Assembly (NCBI GenBank): GCA_963696385.1
Contig: CAVOKF010000004.1
Coordinates: forward strand, 1,056,001-1,120,000
Length of the DNA stretch: 64,000 nt
Direction of reading: 5' to 3'
DNA from: an uncultured delta proteobacterium
GTDB lineage: Bacteria; Myxococcota_A; Polyangia; Polyangiales; Polyangiaceae
Below are positions 30,497 through 41,276 of this stretch, one piece after another (position 1 is the first letter of the stretch; each line of letters starts with the position of its first letter). The notes under the pieces were generated by a model, which worked only from the letters and a program-made list of their open reading frames with translations, was not told the DNA's origin and ran no database searches. The position numbers were made by a program, and so were the translations under genes.

Positions 30497-31906
30497 GTGT
30501 TGGCTCCCCTCGTCGGCCAGCCTGTTCGGCGCTCTAGGATACCGCAACGCATCACCTTCGGCGCCCTGGCGGTGGCGACGCTCACCCCGAACGCCCGCGC
30601 CGAGGACACCCAGCAGGCTCCTGTGCCCTCGACGGCATCGCTTCCGCCGGGCGACCCGCTCCAAGCCGAGGTCGCACGGCAGGGGGCTGCCATCGACGAG
30701 CTGCGAGCGCTGCTCGACACGGAAAGACGCGAGGCCGACAACGCGGGCGTGCACGTTTCCGGTTTCGTCCAGGCCGATTGGGTCATTCACGACCAGGAAT
30801 CGCAGAACGAGATCAACGGCTCGGGCGAGCCTCTCAACGAGGACCGCTTCACGCTGCGTCGCGGGCACGTGCGCGTCGACGCCGAGAAAGGGCTGGTGCT
30901 CGGCTCCCTCGAAATCGACGCGAACACCACGAGCGGGCCCCAAGTCCGGCCCATCGACGCCGAAGTATCGCTTCGCTGGCCCGAAAAGCCCGACGGCCGC
31001 CTGCCGTCGCTCATGGCCACGATCGGCTTGATGCGCATCCCGTTCGGCTACGAGGTGCAGGAGCTCGATTGGGTGCGTCCGTTTCTCGAGCGGGCAACCA
31101 TGCTTCAAGCGCTCTTCCCGGGCGAGTTCGATCTTGGGATGCGCTTCAAGGTGAAATACCGTTTTGTCGATTGGGCGCTTGCCGTCATGAACGGCAACCC
31201 GATCGGCGACAAGGTATTTCCCGATCTCGACCCCGTTCAGGCGAAAGACATGGTCGGCCGCCTCGGTGTAGATTTCAAGATCGCGCCGGGGGTCCGCTTT
31301 CAGGCCGGCGTCTCCGCCGATACCGGGACTGGCTTCCATGCGGGGACGCCGGCCACGAAGAGCCAGCTGGTCTGGCAGGACCAGAACGGCGACGGGGTAG
31401 TCCAGCCGAACGAGATCACGGCCATCGGGGGAGCGCCCGCGACCCCCTCGCAGATGTTCCATCGATTCGCCCTTGGTGGAGACGCGCGTCTCGTCGTACG
31501 CCTCGCTGCGCTCGGTGACCTGTCGTTTCGCGGCGAGGCGCTCGACGCACTCAACCTCGATCGCGGGCTCGAGGTCGCCGATCCGATCGGCGCCGGTCAC
31601 AACTTGCGCGAGATGGGGTACGCCGGGGGCGTGACGCAGGAGATCACGCGATGGGCGATGATCGGTGTGCGCCATGATCTCTACAATCCGGACGCCGACG
31701 CGAGCGAAAATCGCGCAGCCAACCTCGTCCCGATCAACCGCTCGTACTCGACCCTCGCACTGATGGGAATGCTTCGTTACGGCGCGGGACAGCGTCTCCT
31801 GCTCGAATACGACATCATCCGGAACCCTCTTGGCATCGGAGCCAACGGCGTACCGACGACGCTCGCGGACAACGCCTTGACTCTACGAGGGCAGTTGGTG
31901 TTCTGA
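30497..31906 (+). CDS. Outer-membrane porin (OprO/OprP-like)
   Basis: Signal peptide, coiled coil, SGFVQAD..FTLRRG..IPFGYE..ERA, terminal Phe (RGQLVF). Confidence 0.7.
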   Translation: MLAPLVGQPVRRSRIPQRITFGALAVATLTPNARAEDTQQAPVPSTASLPPGDPLQAEVARQGAAIDELRALLDTERREADNAGVHVSGFVQADWVIHDQESQNEINGSGEPLNEDRFTLRRGHVRVDAEKGLVLGSLEIDANTTSGPQVRPIDAEVSLRWPEKPDGRLPSLMATIGLMRIPFGYEVQELDWVRPFLERATMLQALFPGEFDLGMRFKVKYRFVDWALAVMNGNPIGDKVFPDLDPVQAKDMVGRLGVDFKIAPGVRFQAGVSADTGTGFHAGTPATKSQLVWQDQNGDGVVQPNEITAIGGAPATPSQMFHRFALGGDARLVVRLAALGDLSFRGEALDALNLDRGLEVADPIGAGHNLREMGYAGGVTQEITRWAMIGVRHDLYNPDADASENRAANLVPINRSYSTLALMGMLRYGAGQRLLLEYDIIRNPLGIGANGVPTTLADNALTLRGQLVF

Positions 31907-32809
31907 TGCAGGCTCCGGTCTTCGTTCTCGGATGCGCCCTGACGGCTTGGCTTGCCGCGGCGTGCTTGAGCGGCGTGCGAGCGGACACGGGCTCCGACGC
32001 CATCCTGCAGATCCCGGGTGCACAGTTCGTTCGAGGGGCCCTGCCGCAAGGATCGGCGACCGGACCGGGCGTCGCGCAGATCTCGCTCATGAACAACAAC
32101 ATCTGGCCGGGCCTCGTAAACGACCCCCTTCAAGGCGCGCTCGACCCGACAGCCACGGCAGCTGCCGTGGGGCTGCAGGGCGACGTGGGCTACTGGATGG
32201 TGGTCGCAGGAACCCCCAGCGTCACGACCCCCAACGACCCGAGCTACGCCGCCACGCTGCAATTCTCGGATGGGATCGTCCTCGGCAACCACACGCTCGT
32301 CGTGTGCGCCGCGGATGACAACGGGAACTTCGGTACCCCGAAAACTCAGGTCCTCGTTGCCGAGCCCTCGCCGCTCAACCCGCCGGCCACCGGCGATTCT
32401 CGTCGTCACCCTGACGTGGGACACCGAATCGAATCTCGACCTGCACGTTGTCGATCCGGCGGGGCTCGACATCTACTGGGGCAACCCGTCCTCGGAGCCG
32501 CCGTTCTCGTTCGACCAGACCGAGGGGGGCAGCTACGGCTATATCGACTACGACTCGAACGCGGACTGCGTCATCGACGGGTTGCGCAGCGAGGACGCGA
32601 TCTGGCCCAATCCCCCGCCGAGCGGGCCGTACACGGTGCGCGTCGACACGCCCTCGCTGTGTGGCCAGCCCATCGCCAACTGGAAGGTGCGCGTGGTTCT
32701 CGAGGGCACCCCGATCGCTCAGGCGAGCGGGGTTGCCGTGGGCGCCGACACGATGGGATCGCACGGGGCCGGCTCGGGTGTGCTCGCGCTCCAATTCAAT
32801 GTGCCGTGA
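31906..32809 (+). CDS. Lipoprotein with YfaP-like domain; +1 frameshift near 32397
   Basis: Lipobox LAAAC; LVVTLTWDTESNLDLHVVDP continues in the +1 frame; stop overlaps next ATG (TGATG). Confidence 0.7.
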
Positions 32810-35239
32810 TGGGTCGCCCGCGGTTCTGGCGACTCGGGTTCGCGGTCTTGCTCGTCGCAGCCCAAGCGCTCGCTCGGGAGGGGTCGGGGCCGACGCCCGT
32901 CGGCGACGGGGGGGGGGATGCCGTCCTGGTGACGAAGCCGCCCAAGCTCCTCACGTTCAATCGGCCGGAGTATCCGGGCGGAGAGACCCGATCGGCCGAG
33001 GTCGTCCTTGCGATCACCCTCGGCATCGACGGGAGGGTCCGCGACGTGTCGGTGCTCCAGTCGGGCGGAGCGCGCTTCGACACCGCGGCCGTGGAGGCGG
33101 CATGGCGCCTCCTGTTCGAGCCGGGGCAAGCCAACGGGCGCCCGACGGCCGTAAAGATTCGGACCTCCTACTTCTTCCACCCTCCACTCGCGCCAACCCG
33201 ACCGACGACGCCCACTGGGTCGGTGCCGGCGGGAATTCCGGCCCCGGCCGGCGTGTCGCCTCAGAACGTCGTTGTCCACGGTGTGCCCCGAAGACACGAC
33301 GTCACCGACGTCACCGTCTCCGCGGCCGAGGCGAGCAAGGTGGCCGGCACGCAGGGCGATCCGATCAAGGTCCTCGAGAACCTCCCGGGACTGGCGCGCC
33401 CCTCGTTCGGATCGGGACAGCTCATCGTGTGGGGATCGGCTCCCACCGAGACGCGCACGTACGTCGATGGCGTCGAGATCCCCGCACTATTTCATGGCAA
33501 CGAACTGCGGTCCACGGTCAACGGCGATCTGGTGCGCGACGTCACTCTTACGCCGGGAGCCTACGGGGCGGACTACGGCCGCGCGATCGGCGGAATGGTC
33601 CGCGTCGAGACGAAGGACCTCCCCCCGAGCGGGGTCCACGGTTATGCCTCGGCCGACACGCTGGACGGATCCGGTATGGTGACGGCGGCGATCGGCGATC
33701 GCGTGCGCGTCGGAGCGGCGGCGCGCTACGGGTGGCTCGATAGCGTGCTGCGGGCCGTCGGCGCCCCGAATGTGGACGAGTTCTTCCCGATTCCGCGCTA
33801 CGAAGACACCCAGGTCAAGATACAGGTCGCGCTAAGGCCGCGCGAATCGCTCGACCTCGTCTTTCTCGGCTCACACGACGACCTCTTCGAAGCGATTCCT
33901 GATTCGGATCCGGCGCATGCCCGCAGCGAGACCACGGCCACGGATTACCAGCGGTTCTATCTGCATTACCGTCGTCTTCTGGGCGACGGTGCGAGCATAG
34001 ATGCCGTCCCCTTCGTCGGACACGACACCTCCGACCTCAACGCGACCTTCGGAGCCAATCCCGCAACGCTCGACGAGACGACCTGGCGCTGGGGCTTGCG
34101 TTCCTCCTACCGTTCGCGTGTCGCGGGTCCCGTGACGCTCACCTTCGGGCTCGAACTCGACGGGTCGGCCGCACAGGTCTTCCGGAACGGCTCGATGCTC
34201 ATTCCGCCCCGCGAAGGCGACATCACGGTGTTCGGGCAACCCCCGGGAGCCGGCACCAGCGCCGACGCATGGACGGCCGGCGTCATCGACGTCGCGCCGT
34301 ATGTCGTCGTGGGACTCGATCTCGGCCCACTGTCGGTCTCGCCCGGCATCCGCGTCGACGGTTTTCTTCTGCAAACGAGTCGACAGACGCCGGAGGTCGG
34401 CGCGACCCCATCGATCGGCTTCGAGCAGCTTCGGGGCGAAGTCGAGCCCCGCATGTCGGCGCTTCTGCGGGTCACGTCGCGGCTGTCGGTCCGCGGCGCG
34501 GCGGGCGTGTATTCGCAGCCCCCGGATCCGGCCGACCTCAGCGCCGTCTTCGGCAACCCGACGCTCGGTCCCGAGACCGCCGAGCACGCTTCGCTCGGAC
34601 AGGTGCTTCGCGTGACTTCGTCGCTCACGCTGGAGACAACCGGCTTTTCCAAGTGGATGACGCGCCTCGCCGTCCGAAACCCTTCGCCCACTCCCATGCT
34701 CGCCGAGGCTCTCCTTCAAGAAGGCATCGGCCGGGCGTATGGGGTACAGACGCTTCTGCGCCAGGCGCCTTGGCACGGGTTTTTCGGCTGGGTGTCGTAC
34801 ACCCTCTCGCGAAGCGAGCGACGAGACACGCCGGGGTCCCATTGGCGGCTTCTCGACTACGACCAGCCCCATGTGCTCACCGTGGTGGCGAACAAAGAGC
34901 TGCGAGCATGGACCGTCGGCTTGCGGTTCCGCTACGCGACGGGCCTGCCGCGTACTCCCGTCATCGGCGCATTCTACGACGTGAAGGACGATTTGTATCA
35001 GCCGATCTTCGGGCCCCAGAATTCCATCCGCCTGCCCGACTTCTGGCAGCTCGATCTGCGGGTCGACCGCAGTTTCCTGTTCGGCAAGAGCGCGAAGCTC
35101 CTCGTCTATGCCGAGGGACTGAACGTGACCGATCACACGAACGGCGAGGAGTACATCTACAGCATCGACTACGCGCGACGTGCGACCATTTCCTGGGCTG
35201 CCCGCGCTCGCGGTGGTCGGAGCGAGGATCGATTTATGA
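32809..35239 (+). CDS. TonB-dependent receptor with N-terminal TonB-C domain; +1 frameshift near 35190
   Basis: Plug (GDPIKVLENLPG, YGADYGRAIGG), barrel (DYDQPH, QLDLRVD); end PGLPALAVVGARIDL* in the +1 frame overlaps next ATG. Confidence 0.85.
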
Positions 35240-36141
35240 AACGCCGGGCGCTGCTTGTCGTTGGGGCACTCGTCTTCACGGCGAGGTGCGTTCCGCCCCT
35301 CGGCCCCGGCGACTCGCTCATCACGTCGACACGCATTCTTGCCGTCCGCGCCGACCCCGCCGAGGCCGATCCGGGCTCCCGCGTGACCTTCACCGCGCTG
35401 GTCGCCGGTCCGGGCGGAACCGACAGCGGCGCCCCCATGACGTGGGACTTCTGCACCGCCCCGAAGCCACTGACCGAGAACAACGTCGTTTCGAACGCCT
35501 GCCTGGGCTCGTCCTCACTCGTCGCCGCCGGCGCTGGGCCCAGCATGACCGCCACGACCCCCAGCGACGGTTGCTCCATCTTTGGCCCAAGCACTTCGTC
35601 TGCGGGGGGCCGCCCCGTCGATCCGGACGCCACGGGCGGATACTACCAGCCCCTTCGCGCCGACCTCGCGGGCGCAGACAGCGCATTCGAGCTTGCCCGC
35701 ATCCATTGCGATCTGGCGAACGCATCCGCGACGGCAGCGAGCGCGTTCGCGGCGGCGTACGATTTGAATCAGAACCCCGAGCTCTCTCCTCTGACCGCGA
35801 CCGTCGACGGCATGCCGATCGCGCTGACTACGGTTGCCGCCGGGGCGCGTGTGTTGCTCGAAGCGAGCTGGCCAGCTGCATCCGTCGAAACTTTCGCCTA
35901 CTTCGATCCGGTGTCGCAAACGGTCACCAGTCAGCGCGAGTCGATGCAGGTCGCCTGGTACACGAGCGGCGGCACGCTCGATACCGAATCCACGGGGCGT
36001 TCCTCGGACGACCCGGCGACGGCGAGCGCCAACGGGTGGGACGCGCCGGGGGCAGAAGGCACGGTCCACCTGTGGATCGTGCTCCGCGATAGCCGGGGTG
36101 GCGTCGACTTCGCGGCGTATGACGTGGTCGTTGTGGACTGA
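35236..36141 (+). CDS. Lipoprotein partner of TonB receptor
   Basis: MKRRALL..ARC signal; RILAVRADP.EA.PG; LWIVLRDSRGGVD. Confidence 0.75.
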   Translation: MKRRALLVVGALVFTARCVPPLGPGDSLITSTRILAVRADPAEADPGSRVTFTALVAGPGGTDSGAPMTWDFCTAPKPLTENNVVSNACLGSSSLVAAGAGPSMTATTPSDGCSIFGPSTSSAGGRPVDPDATGGYYQPLRADLAGADSAFELARIHCDLANASATAASAFAAAYDLNQNPELSPLTATVDGMPIALTTVAAGARVLLEASWPAASVETFAYFDPVSQTVTSQRESMQVAWYTSGGTLDTESTGRSSDDPATASANGWDAPGAEGTVHLWIVLRDSRGGVDFAAYDVVVVD

Positions 36142-36153
36142 GCGGGGCAAGTC

Positions 36154-36708
36154 ATGCCGAACCCCGCGTCTTCGCTACTTCGCGATCCCCGGCAACTACC
36201 TGTTCACATCCCGTCAAGCGTGAACCCGATGGGCAAGGTCGGCGCCACCGAGTACGCGTATGCCGAGGCGGCTGCACCGGCACCGCTCCGTTACTCGACG
36301 GGTCTGAGCGGTTTCACGTCGAAGGCGACGCTCGCGGTCGAGAACTTCAACCCCACCACGTCCCTGTTCGATACCGTTCCGACGGGGAGCGCGTCGAGAG
36401 ACCAAGGTCTGGGGGTGGACCTGCTGTTTCAGTCTCCGCGGGTCGTCGCGCTCGCCGAGGGATACCTGCGACACGTCGAACCGGAGGGGTCTGGCGCCGA
36501 ATACACGTCCGTCGGTGCCTTCGCTCAGGCCGGCGTTCTGGTTTATCGCCGCGCGATCGATGCTGCGGTTCGCCTCTCGTGGGCGGACGTCAACCTCCTC
36601 CGCGTAGAGGGCCAGACCCACCAGACGTCCCAGCGGGCCACTGTGCAGAAGTCGACCTCCAACGATGACGCTTCGGATACGGCCCGACGGATCCCTTGGC
36701 ACGGTTGA
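36154..36708 (+). pseudogene. Fragment of a second porin-like gene
   Basis: Beta-strand pattern (GVDLLFQ..AEGYLR..GAFAQAG); no signal peptide, ragged ends. Confidence 0.4.
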
Positions 36709-36806
36709 GGCGGACCCTGATCACGCGTCCCGAGCGGCGCTGACGAAGTCGAAGGAGAGTCCGCGTCGTGGCTGACGCCGGTTTGTGTCATTGTGCTCGC
36801 TCTGAA

Positions 36807-37514
36807 GTGCAACGCATAACGTCCACGCACACCAGCCGGGACTTCGAGACCGAGCTTCGCGAGCTGCGAGCCCACCTGCTGGCGATGGGCGCTCGGTGCG
36901 AACGAATCGTCGGGCTGGCGTTCGAGGCTTTTCGGCGAGGAGATCCCGAGCTCCCCGGAACCTTGGAGTCTCTTGACGCCCAAATCGATCGCGATGAGGT
37001 CGAGATTCATGCGCTCATCCTGCGGATCCTCGCGCTGAGGCAGCCCGTCGCCGGCGATCTGCGCTTCCTGGCAACCGCGCTGCGGCTCATCACGGATCTC
37101 GAGCGCATCGGCGACGAGGCGGTCAACATCGGCGAGCGCACCGTGAAGCGGGACGGCGGTGCGCACCAGCTCGTCGACGGTGAACTCACCTCGATGGCGA
37201 CGGCCGCGCTGAACATGCTGCATGACGCGCTCGACGCGTTCGTGCGGTGGGACGACGAGGTCGCCGACCCCGTCCTCGGCTGCGACGATGGAGTCGACCA
37301 GGGTTGTGCGACCATCATGTCCGCGATGACCGCGCACATGTCCGAGCACCCGGGCGAGGTGCTGGCCGGACTGCGCGTGATACGGGTGGCCAAGTACCTG
37401 GAGCGCATTGCCGACCATGCGACCAACGTCGCGGAGGAGGTCATTTTCATGGTTCGAGCGGACGATGTGCGTCACGGGCAGTGGCAATCCTTGGCGGGCC
37501 CGAGACATCGATGA
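36807..37514 (+). CDS. phoU: Phosphate signalling protein PhoU
   Basis: LRQPVAGDLR, TDLERIGDEAVNI, KYLERIADHATNVAEEVIFMV. Confidence 0.95.
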   Translation: MQRITSTHTSRDFETELRELRAHLLAMGARCERIVGLAFEAFRRGDPELPGTLESLDAQIDRDEVEIHALILRILALRQPVAGDLRFLATALRLITDLERIGDEAVNIGERTVKRDGGAHQLVDGELTSMATAALNMLHDALDAFVRWDDEVADPVLGCDDGVDQGCATIMSAMTAHMSEHPGEVLAGLRVIRVAKYLERIADHATNVAEEVIFMVRADDVRHGQWQSLAGPRHR

Positions 37515-37974
37515 TCGGAAACGTCAGCTGATCGAGCGCATCGCGCTTGGCGCCGCGCTCGGCGGGGTCATCGGCTACGAGCGTGACCGGCATCGTCGGC
37601 CCGTTGGCCTGCGCACGCATCTCATTGTCGCGATGGCCGCGGCCACATTTACGGTCCTATCGGCACAGTTCGTGTACCGGCAGCACTACGGCAAGGACGA
37701 CCTCGTCGAAGTCGACACGGCGCGCATTGCGGCGTCCGTGGTTTCGGCGGTCGGATTCCTTGCGGGTGGCGCCATCCTGCGGACGGGGATCACGGTGCAA
37801 GGCCTCACCACGGCGGCAGGTCTATGGCTGGTCACGGCCATCGGCATGTGCGCCGGCGCGGGCATGTTTGTCGTGAGCATCCATGTTTGTCGTGAGCATC
37901 GCCGTGGGCCACGAAGCAAGCGGCGAAACGGCGTCGCGCGCGCCCGACGCTTACCCGTAAACATGAGCCTCTGA
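37511..37974 (+). pseudogene. MgtC/SapB-family membrane protein, disrupted
   Basis: IGYER..VGLRTH..GFLAGGAI..GLTTAAGLW; ATG 37511 out of frame; 19-bp tandem duplication at 37863-37900. Confidence 0.8.
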
Positions 37975-38143
37975 GTCTAAAGCCGTTGACGAGAAGCGGG
38001 GCCATTTGGCGTTTTGCCTTTGGCCGTTGGCAATCCGCAAGCGACTGAACTCGAATGGTTCGAGCTCTGACCGCTCGCCCGCCCCGCGCCGGCGCCTTCC
38101 CGCCAGGGAACGCGCTGTGCATGTTGCCCGGAGAGCCGGGGAG

Positions 38144-38986
38144 ATGAGCCAGAACGCGGATACCGGTGCGCCCATCCCCGCGTCGCCTCCCGGCGACGAA
38201 CGCCACGACCTGCACGCCGAGGTCCAGCGGCTCCGGCGTGCGCAGCGCACGGCCCAGAGGACGATCCGGGAACTCAGGGCCGCCGTCGCCGCGCGAGACG
38301 AGTTCATCGCGATCGTGAGCCGCGAGCTGCGTAACCCGATGGGAGCCATCGTTGTCAGCGCGAGCCACATGATTTACAAGGCGGGGCGCGAGCCAGATGT
38401 GCCAGCTTGGCTCGCGCCTCGCCTTTTGACGCTCGAACGCCAGACACGCAGCTTCGTCCGCCGCGCGACGACGCTCATGGACGTCTCCCGCCTCGCGACC
38501 GGAAACCTGCGCCTCGACCGGGACGTCGTCAGCCTGAGCGACGTCGTGAGCAACGTGGCACGCGAGCTCGCCACCGAGGCCGAGCACGCCGGATGCGACC
38601 TGCGCCTGTCCATCGAGCCGAACGTGGTCGGGACCTGGGATCGGGTCGCGCTCGAACAGATCACGATGGACCTGATGTCGAACGCCATCAAGTACGGTGC
38701 CGACCGCCCGGTGGAAACTTCCGTCACGTCCACAGGCGAGGACGCGACGATCGAGGTCCGCGATCACGGCGCGGGCATCTCCGAAGTCGACCGGTCCCGC
38801 ATCTTCGAGCCCTTCGAGCGCGCGGTCGTCCCGCGCCGGTCGAAGCCGGGCTTCGGTCTCGGGCTATGGATCACGCGGCAGCTCGTGATCGCCCACCGAG
38901 GCGAAATGGCGGTAGAGAGCCAGTCGGGGATCGGTTCGGTCTTCACGGTGAGCCTTCCGCGGGCGATACAGAAGCTTCCCCGATGA
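38144..38986 (+). CDS. Histidine-kinase-like protein with His-to-Arg in H-box
   Basis: SRELRNPM; NAIKY, DHGAG, GFGLGL boxes intact. Confidence 0.85.
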   Translation: MSQNADTGAPIPASPPGDERHDLHAEVQRLRRAQRTAQRTIRELRAAVAARDEFIAIVSRELRNPMGAIVVSASHMIYKAGREPDVPAWLAPRLLTLERQTRSFVRRATTLMDVSRLATGNLRLDRDVVSLSDVVSNVARELATEAEHAGCDLRLSIEPNVVGTWDRVALEQITMDLMSNAIKYGADRPVETSVTSTGEDATIEVRDHGAGISEVDRSRIFEPFERAVVPRRSKPGFGLGLWITRQLVIAHRGEMAVESQSGIGSVFTVSLPRAIQKLPR

Positions 38987-40500
38987 GCTCACACGAATTC
39001 GTCCCGCACCTCGCCAGGTTCACCAGCGGCATCCCAGGTCTCGACCGGGTCCTCACCGGCGGCTTCTTCACCGGCGGCGTTTACATCGTCGAAGGGGCGC
39101 CGGGGGCGGGCAAGACGATCCTCGCCAACCAGATCGCCTTCCATCGCGCGAAAGACGGCCAGCGAGTCCTCTACATCACGCTGCTCGCCGAGTCGCATGC
39201 GCGCCTCTTGCAGCACATGCAGGATCTGTCCTTCTTCGACGCAGGGGCGATCCCCGATCGGCTCACGTACCTGAGCGGGTTCCGCGTGCTCGAGCAGGGA
39301 GGGTTGCAGGCGCTCCTCGATCTGCTTCGCAAGGAGCTGCTCGGGCAGAACGCGAACGTGGTCGTCCTCGACGGTTTCGCCGCGGTGGGGGAGTCCGCGG
39401 AGACGGATCGCGAATTCAAAAAATTCGTGCACGAGCTTCAGGTGCAAGCCGGGCTCGGAACGTGCACATTCTTTCTGCTCTCGAGTGGCACAAGCGGCGA
39501 GGGATCCGTCCAGCCGGTCCACACGATGGTGGATGGGCTGGTCCGCCTGAGCGACCGGATCTTCGGAGTCCGCGCGCAACGCGAGCTTCAGGTGCAGAAG
39601 TTCCGAGGCAGTCGTTACCTGCGGGGCTTGCATTCGTTCGAGATCGGCGACGACGGAATCCGCGTTTATCCGCGTCTCGAGTCCTCCTCGGTCGCGTCCG
39701 GCGTGAAGAACGGTTCGAGCCGGCTGGCCATCGGCTTCCCGCGGCTCGACGCGATGATCGGCGGCGGACTGCACAGCACGTCGACCACCATGATCCTGGG
39801 CCCCAGCGGCGTCGGCAAGACAGTCGTCGGCTATCGCTTCCTCGCATGCTCTACGGCCCAAGAGAAGGGGCTGCTCTTCTCCTTCTACGAGACGCCGGAG
39901 CGGGTGCTGGCCAAGACGCAAGGCGTCGGGATCGACCTCGCCCCCGGGTATCAGCGCGGCGACGTCGAGCTCGTCTGGCAATCGCCGGTCGAAAGCACGC
40001 TCGACGCCGTCGGCTGGCGCATCCTCGAGTCTGTCGATCGGCTCGGCGCAAAGCGCCTCTTCGTCGACGGCTTCAACGCGCTGGAAAGCGCTTCGAGCCA
40101 CCCGGAGCGCGTCCCTCAGTTCTTCGCAGCGCTCGGGCGTGAGCTGCGAGCGCGCGGGGTCACGACGGTGTACGCGGCCGAGCTGCATCAGATCTTCTCG
40201 CCCGAGATCGCCGCCCCGCTGCGTGGGCTCTCCCCGCTCATCGAGAACCTGCTGCTCATGCGTTTCGTCGAGCTGCGCGCACGGCTGCGCCGGACGCTGT
40301 CGGTCATCAAGCTGCGCGACTCGGAGTTCGACCCTGCCATCTGCGAGTTCTGCCTCACCAGCCACGGCCTGGACGTCGTGGACTCGCTCGACGGAACGGA
40401 AGAACTCATGACGGGCGTGGCGCACGAGACGCCCCGCCCGCGATCGCGGAAACCCCCAAACCAACGGGGCCGAACCAAGCCGAAGAGAAGGCGGGGATGA
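38983..40500 (+). CDS. KaiC-like double-domain ATPase
   Basis: GAPGAGKT and GPSGVGKT Walker A; KFRG / KLRD arginine-finger motifs. Confidence 0.9.
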   Translation: MSSHEFVPHLARFTSGIPGLDRVLTGGFFTGGVYIVEGAPGAGKTILANQIAFHRAKDGQRVLYITLLAESHARLLQHMQDLSFFDAGAIPDRLTYLSGFRVLEQGGLQALLDLLRKELLGQNANVVVLDGFAAVGESAETDREFKKFVHELQVQAGLGTCTFFLLSSGTSGEGSVQPVHTMVDGLVRLSDRIFGVRAQRELQVQKFRGSRYLRGLHSFEIGDDGIRVYPRLESSSVASGVKNGSSRLAIGFPRLDAMIGGGLHSTSTTMILGPSGVGKTVVGYRFLACSTAQEKGLLFSFYETPERVLAKTQGVGIDLAPGYQRGDVELVWQSPVESTLDAVGWRILESVDRLGAKRLFVDGFNALESASSHPERVPQFFAALGRELRARGVTTVYAAELHQIFSPEIAAPLRGLSPLIENLLLMRFVELRARLRRTLSVIKLRDSEFDPAICEFCLTSHGLDVVDSLDGTEELMTGVAHETPRPRSRKPPNQRGRTKPKRRRG

Positions 40501-40859
40501 AGACGATCGTCATCGTCGATGACGAGTTCGGTCTGGCGGACGTGCTTGCCGGAACGCTGTCCGATATGGGGTTTAGTGTGTTCACCGCCATCAACGGCAG
40601 GCAGGGCCTCGAGGTCATGGCGGAGCATCCGCCGGACGTGGTGCTTCTCGATTATATGATGCCGCTGCTGGATGGCCCGGGAGTCCTCAAGGCTATGCGT
40701 GCGGACCCGAAGCTCGCCGGCGTCCCGGTCATCATGACGAGCGGCGTGCCGGAGTCGGTGGTGCGCGAGCGGTGTCCGGGGTACGTCGCATTCCTGCGCA
40801 AGCCGTTCGATTTCCAAGCGCTTCTGAAGGCGGTGGACCGGGCGACGGCCGGGCCGTAA
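40497..40859 (+). CDS. Single-domain response regulator
   Basis: IVDDE, LLDYMMP, FLRKPF. Confidence 0.92.
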   Translation: MKTIVIVDDEFGLADVLAGTLSDMGFSVFTAINGRQGLEVMAEHPPDVVLLDYMMPLLDGPGVLKAMRADPKLAGVPVIMTSGVPESVVRERCPGYVAFLRKPFDFQALLKAVDRATAGP

Positions 40860-41243
40860 ATCGGGATGCGCAGATTCTCTCGTCCGCAGTAAGCGCGTCG
40901 GCGTGCCCGCAGTAAGAATCGCGGACGCGACCAAGACACTTGCCACGGGCGACGTCGAGACCGCGCGGTTCGATTCTCAATGGACCGCGAGGCTCGTCCA
41001 CGTGACCGCTCCCGACGGCTTCAGGATCTCGGTGGTCGGTGCGCCTTACGCGGCGAGTTTTCGTGTTCCGATCGCATGGACCAGCGAAGCTCTTTTCAAA
41101 ATCGGCGCTGCCAGAATCGGTGACACAAATGACGGAAATCAACCTTTGGGGGCGTGGCCCCCCGGTCGGCTCTGCGGTATGGGGCGCGCCTGGTCCGGTC
41201 CGCTTGCGCGAACGGCTTGGCGAACTGCTCAATTCTCGGAGCG

Positions 41244-41276
41244 AATCGCCGCCTAATCACCGCTTAATCACCGCTG
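41244..41276. repeat. three 11-bp direct repeats
   Basis: AATCGCCGCCT AATCACCGCTT AATCACCGCTG. Confidence 0.6.

Noticed and set aside
31906..36141. 1411-aa giant fusion ORF
   Set aside because: Three genes joined by two +1 frameshifts; the linking segments are out-of-frame nonsense and stop/start overlaps exist at 32809 and 35236
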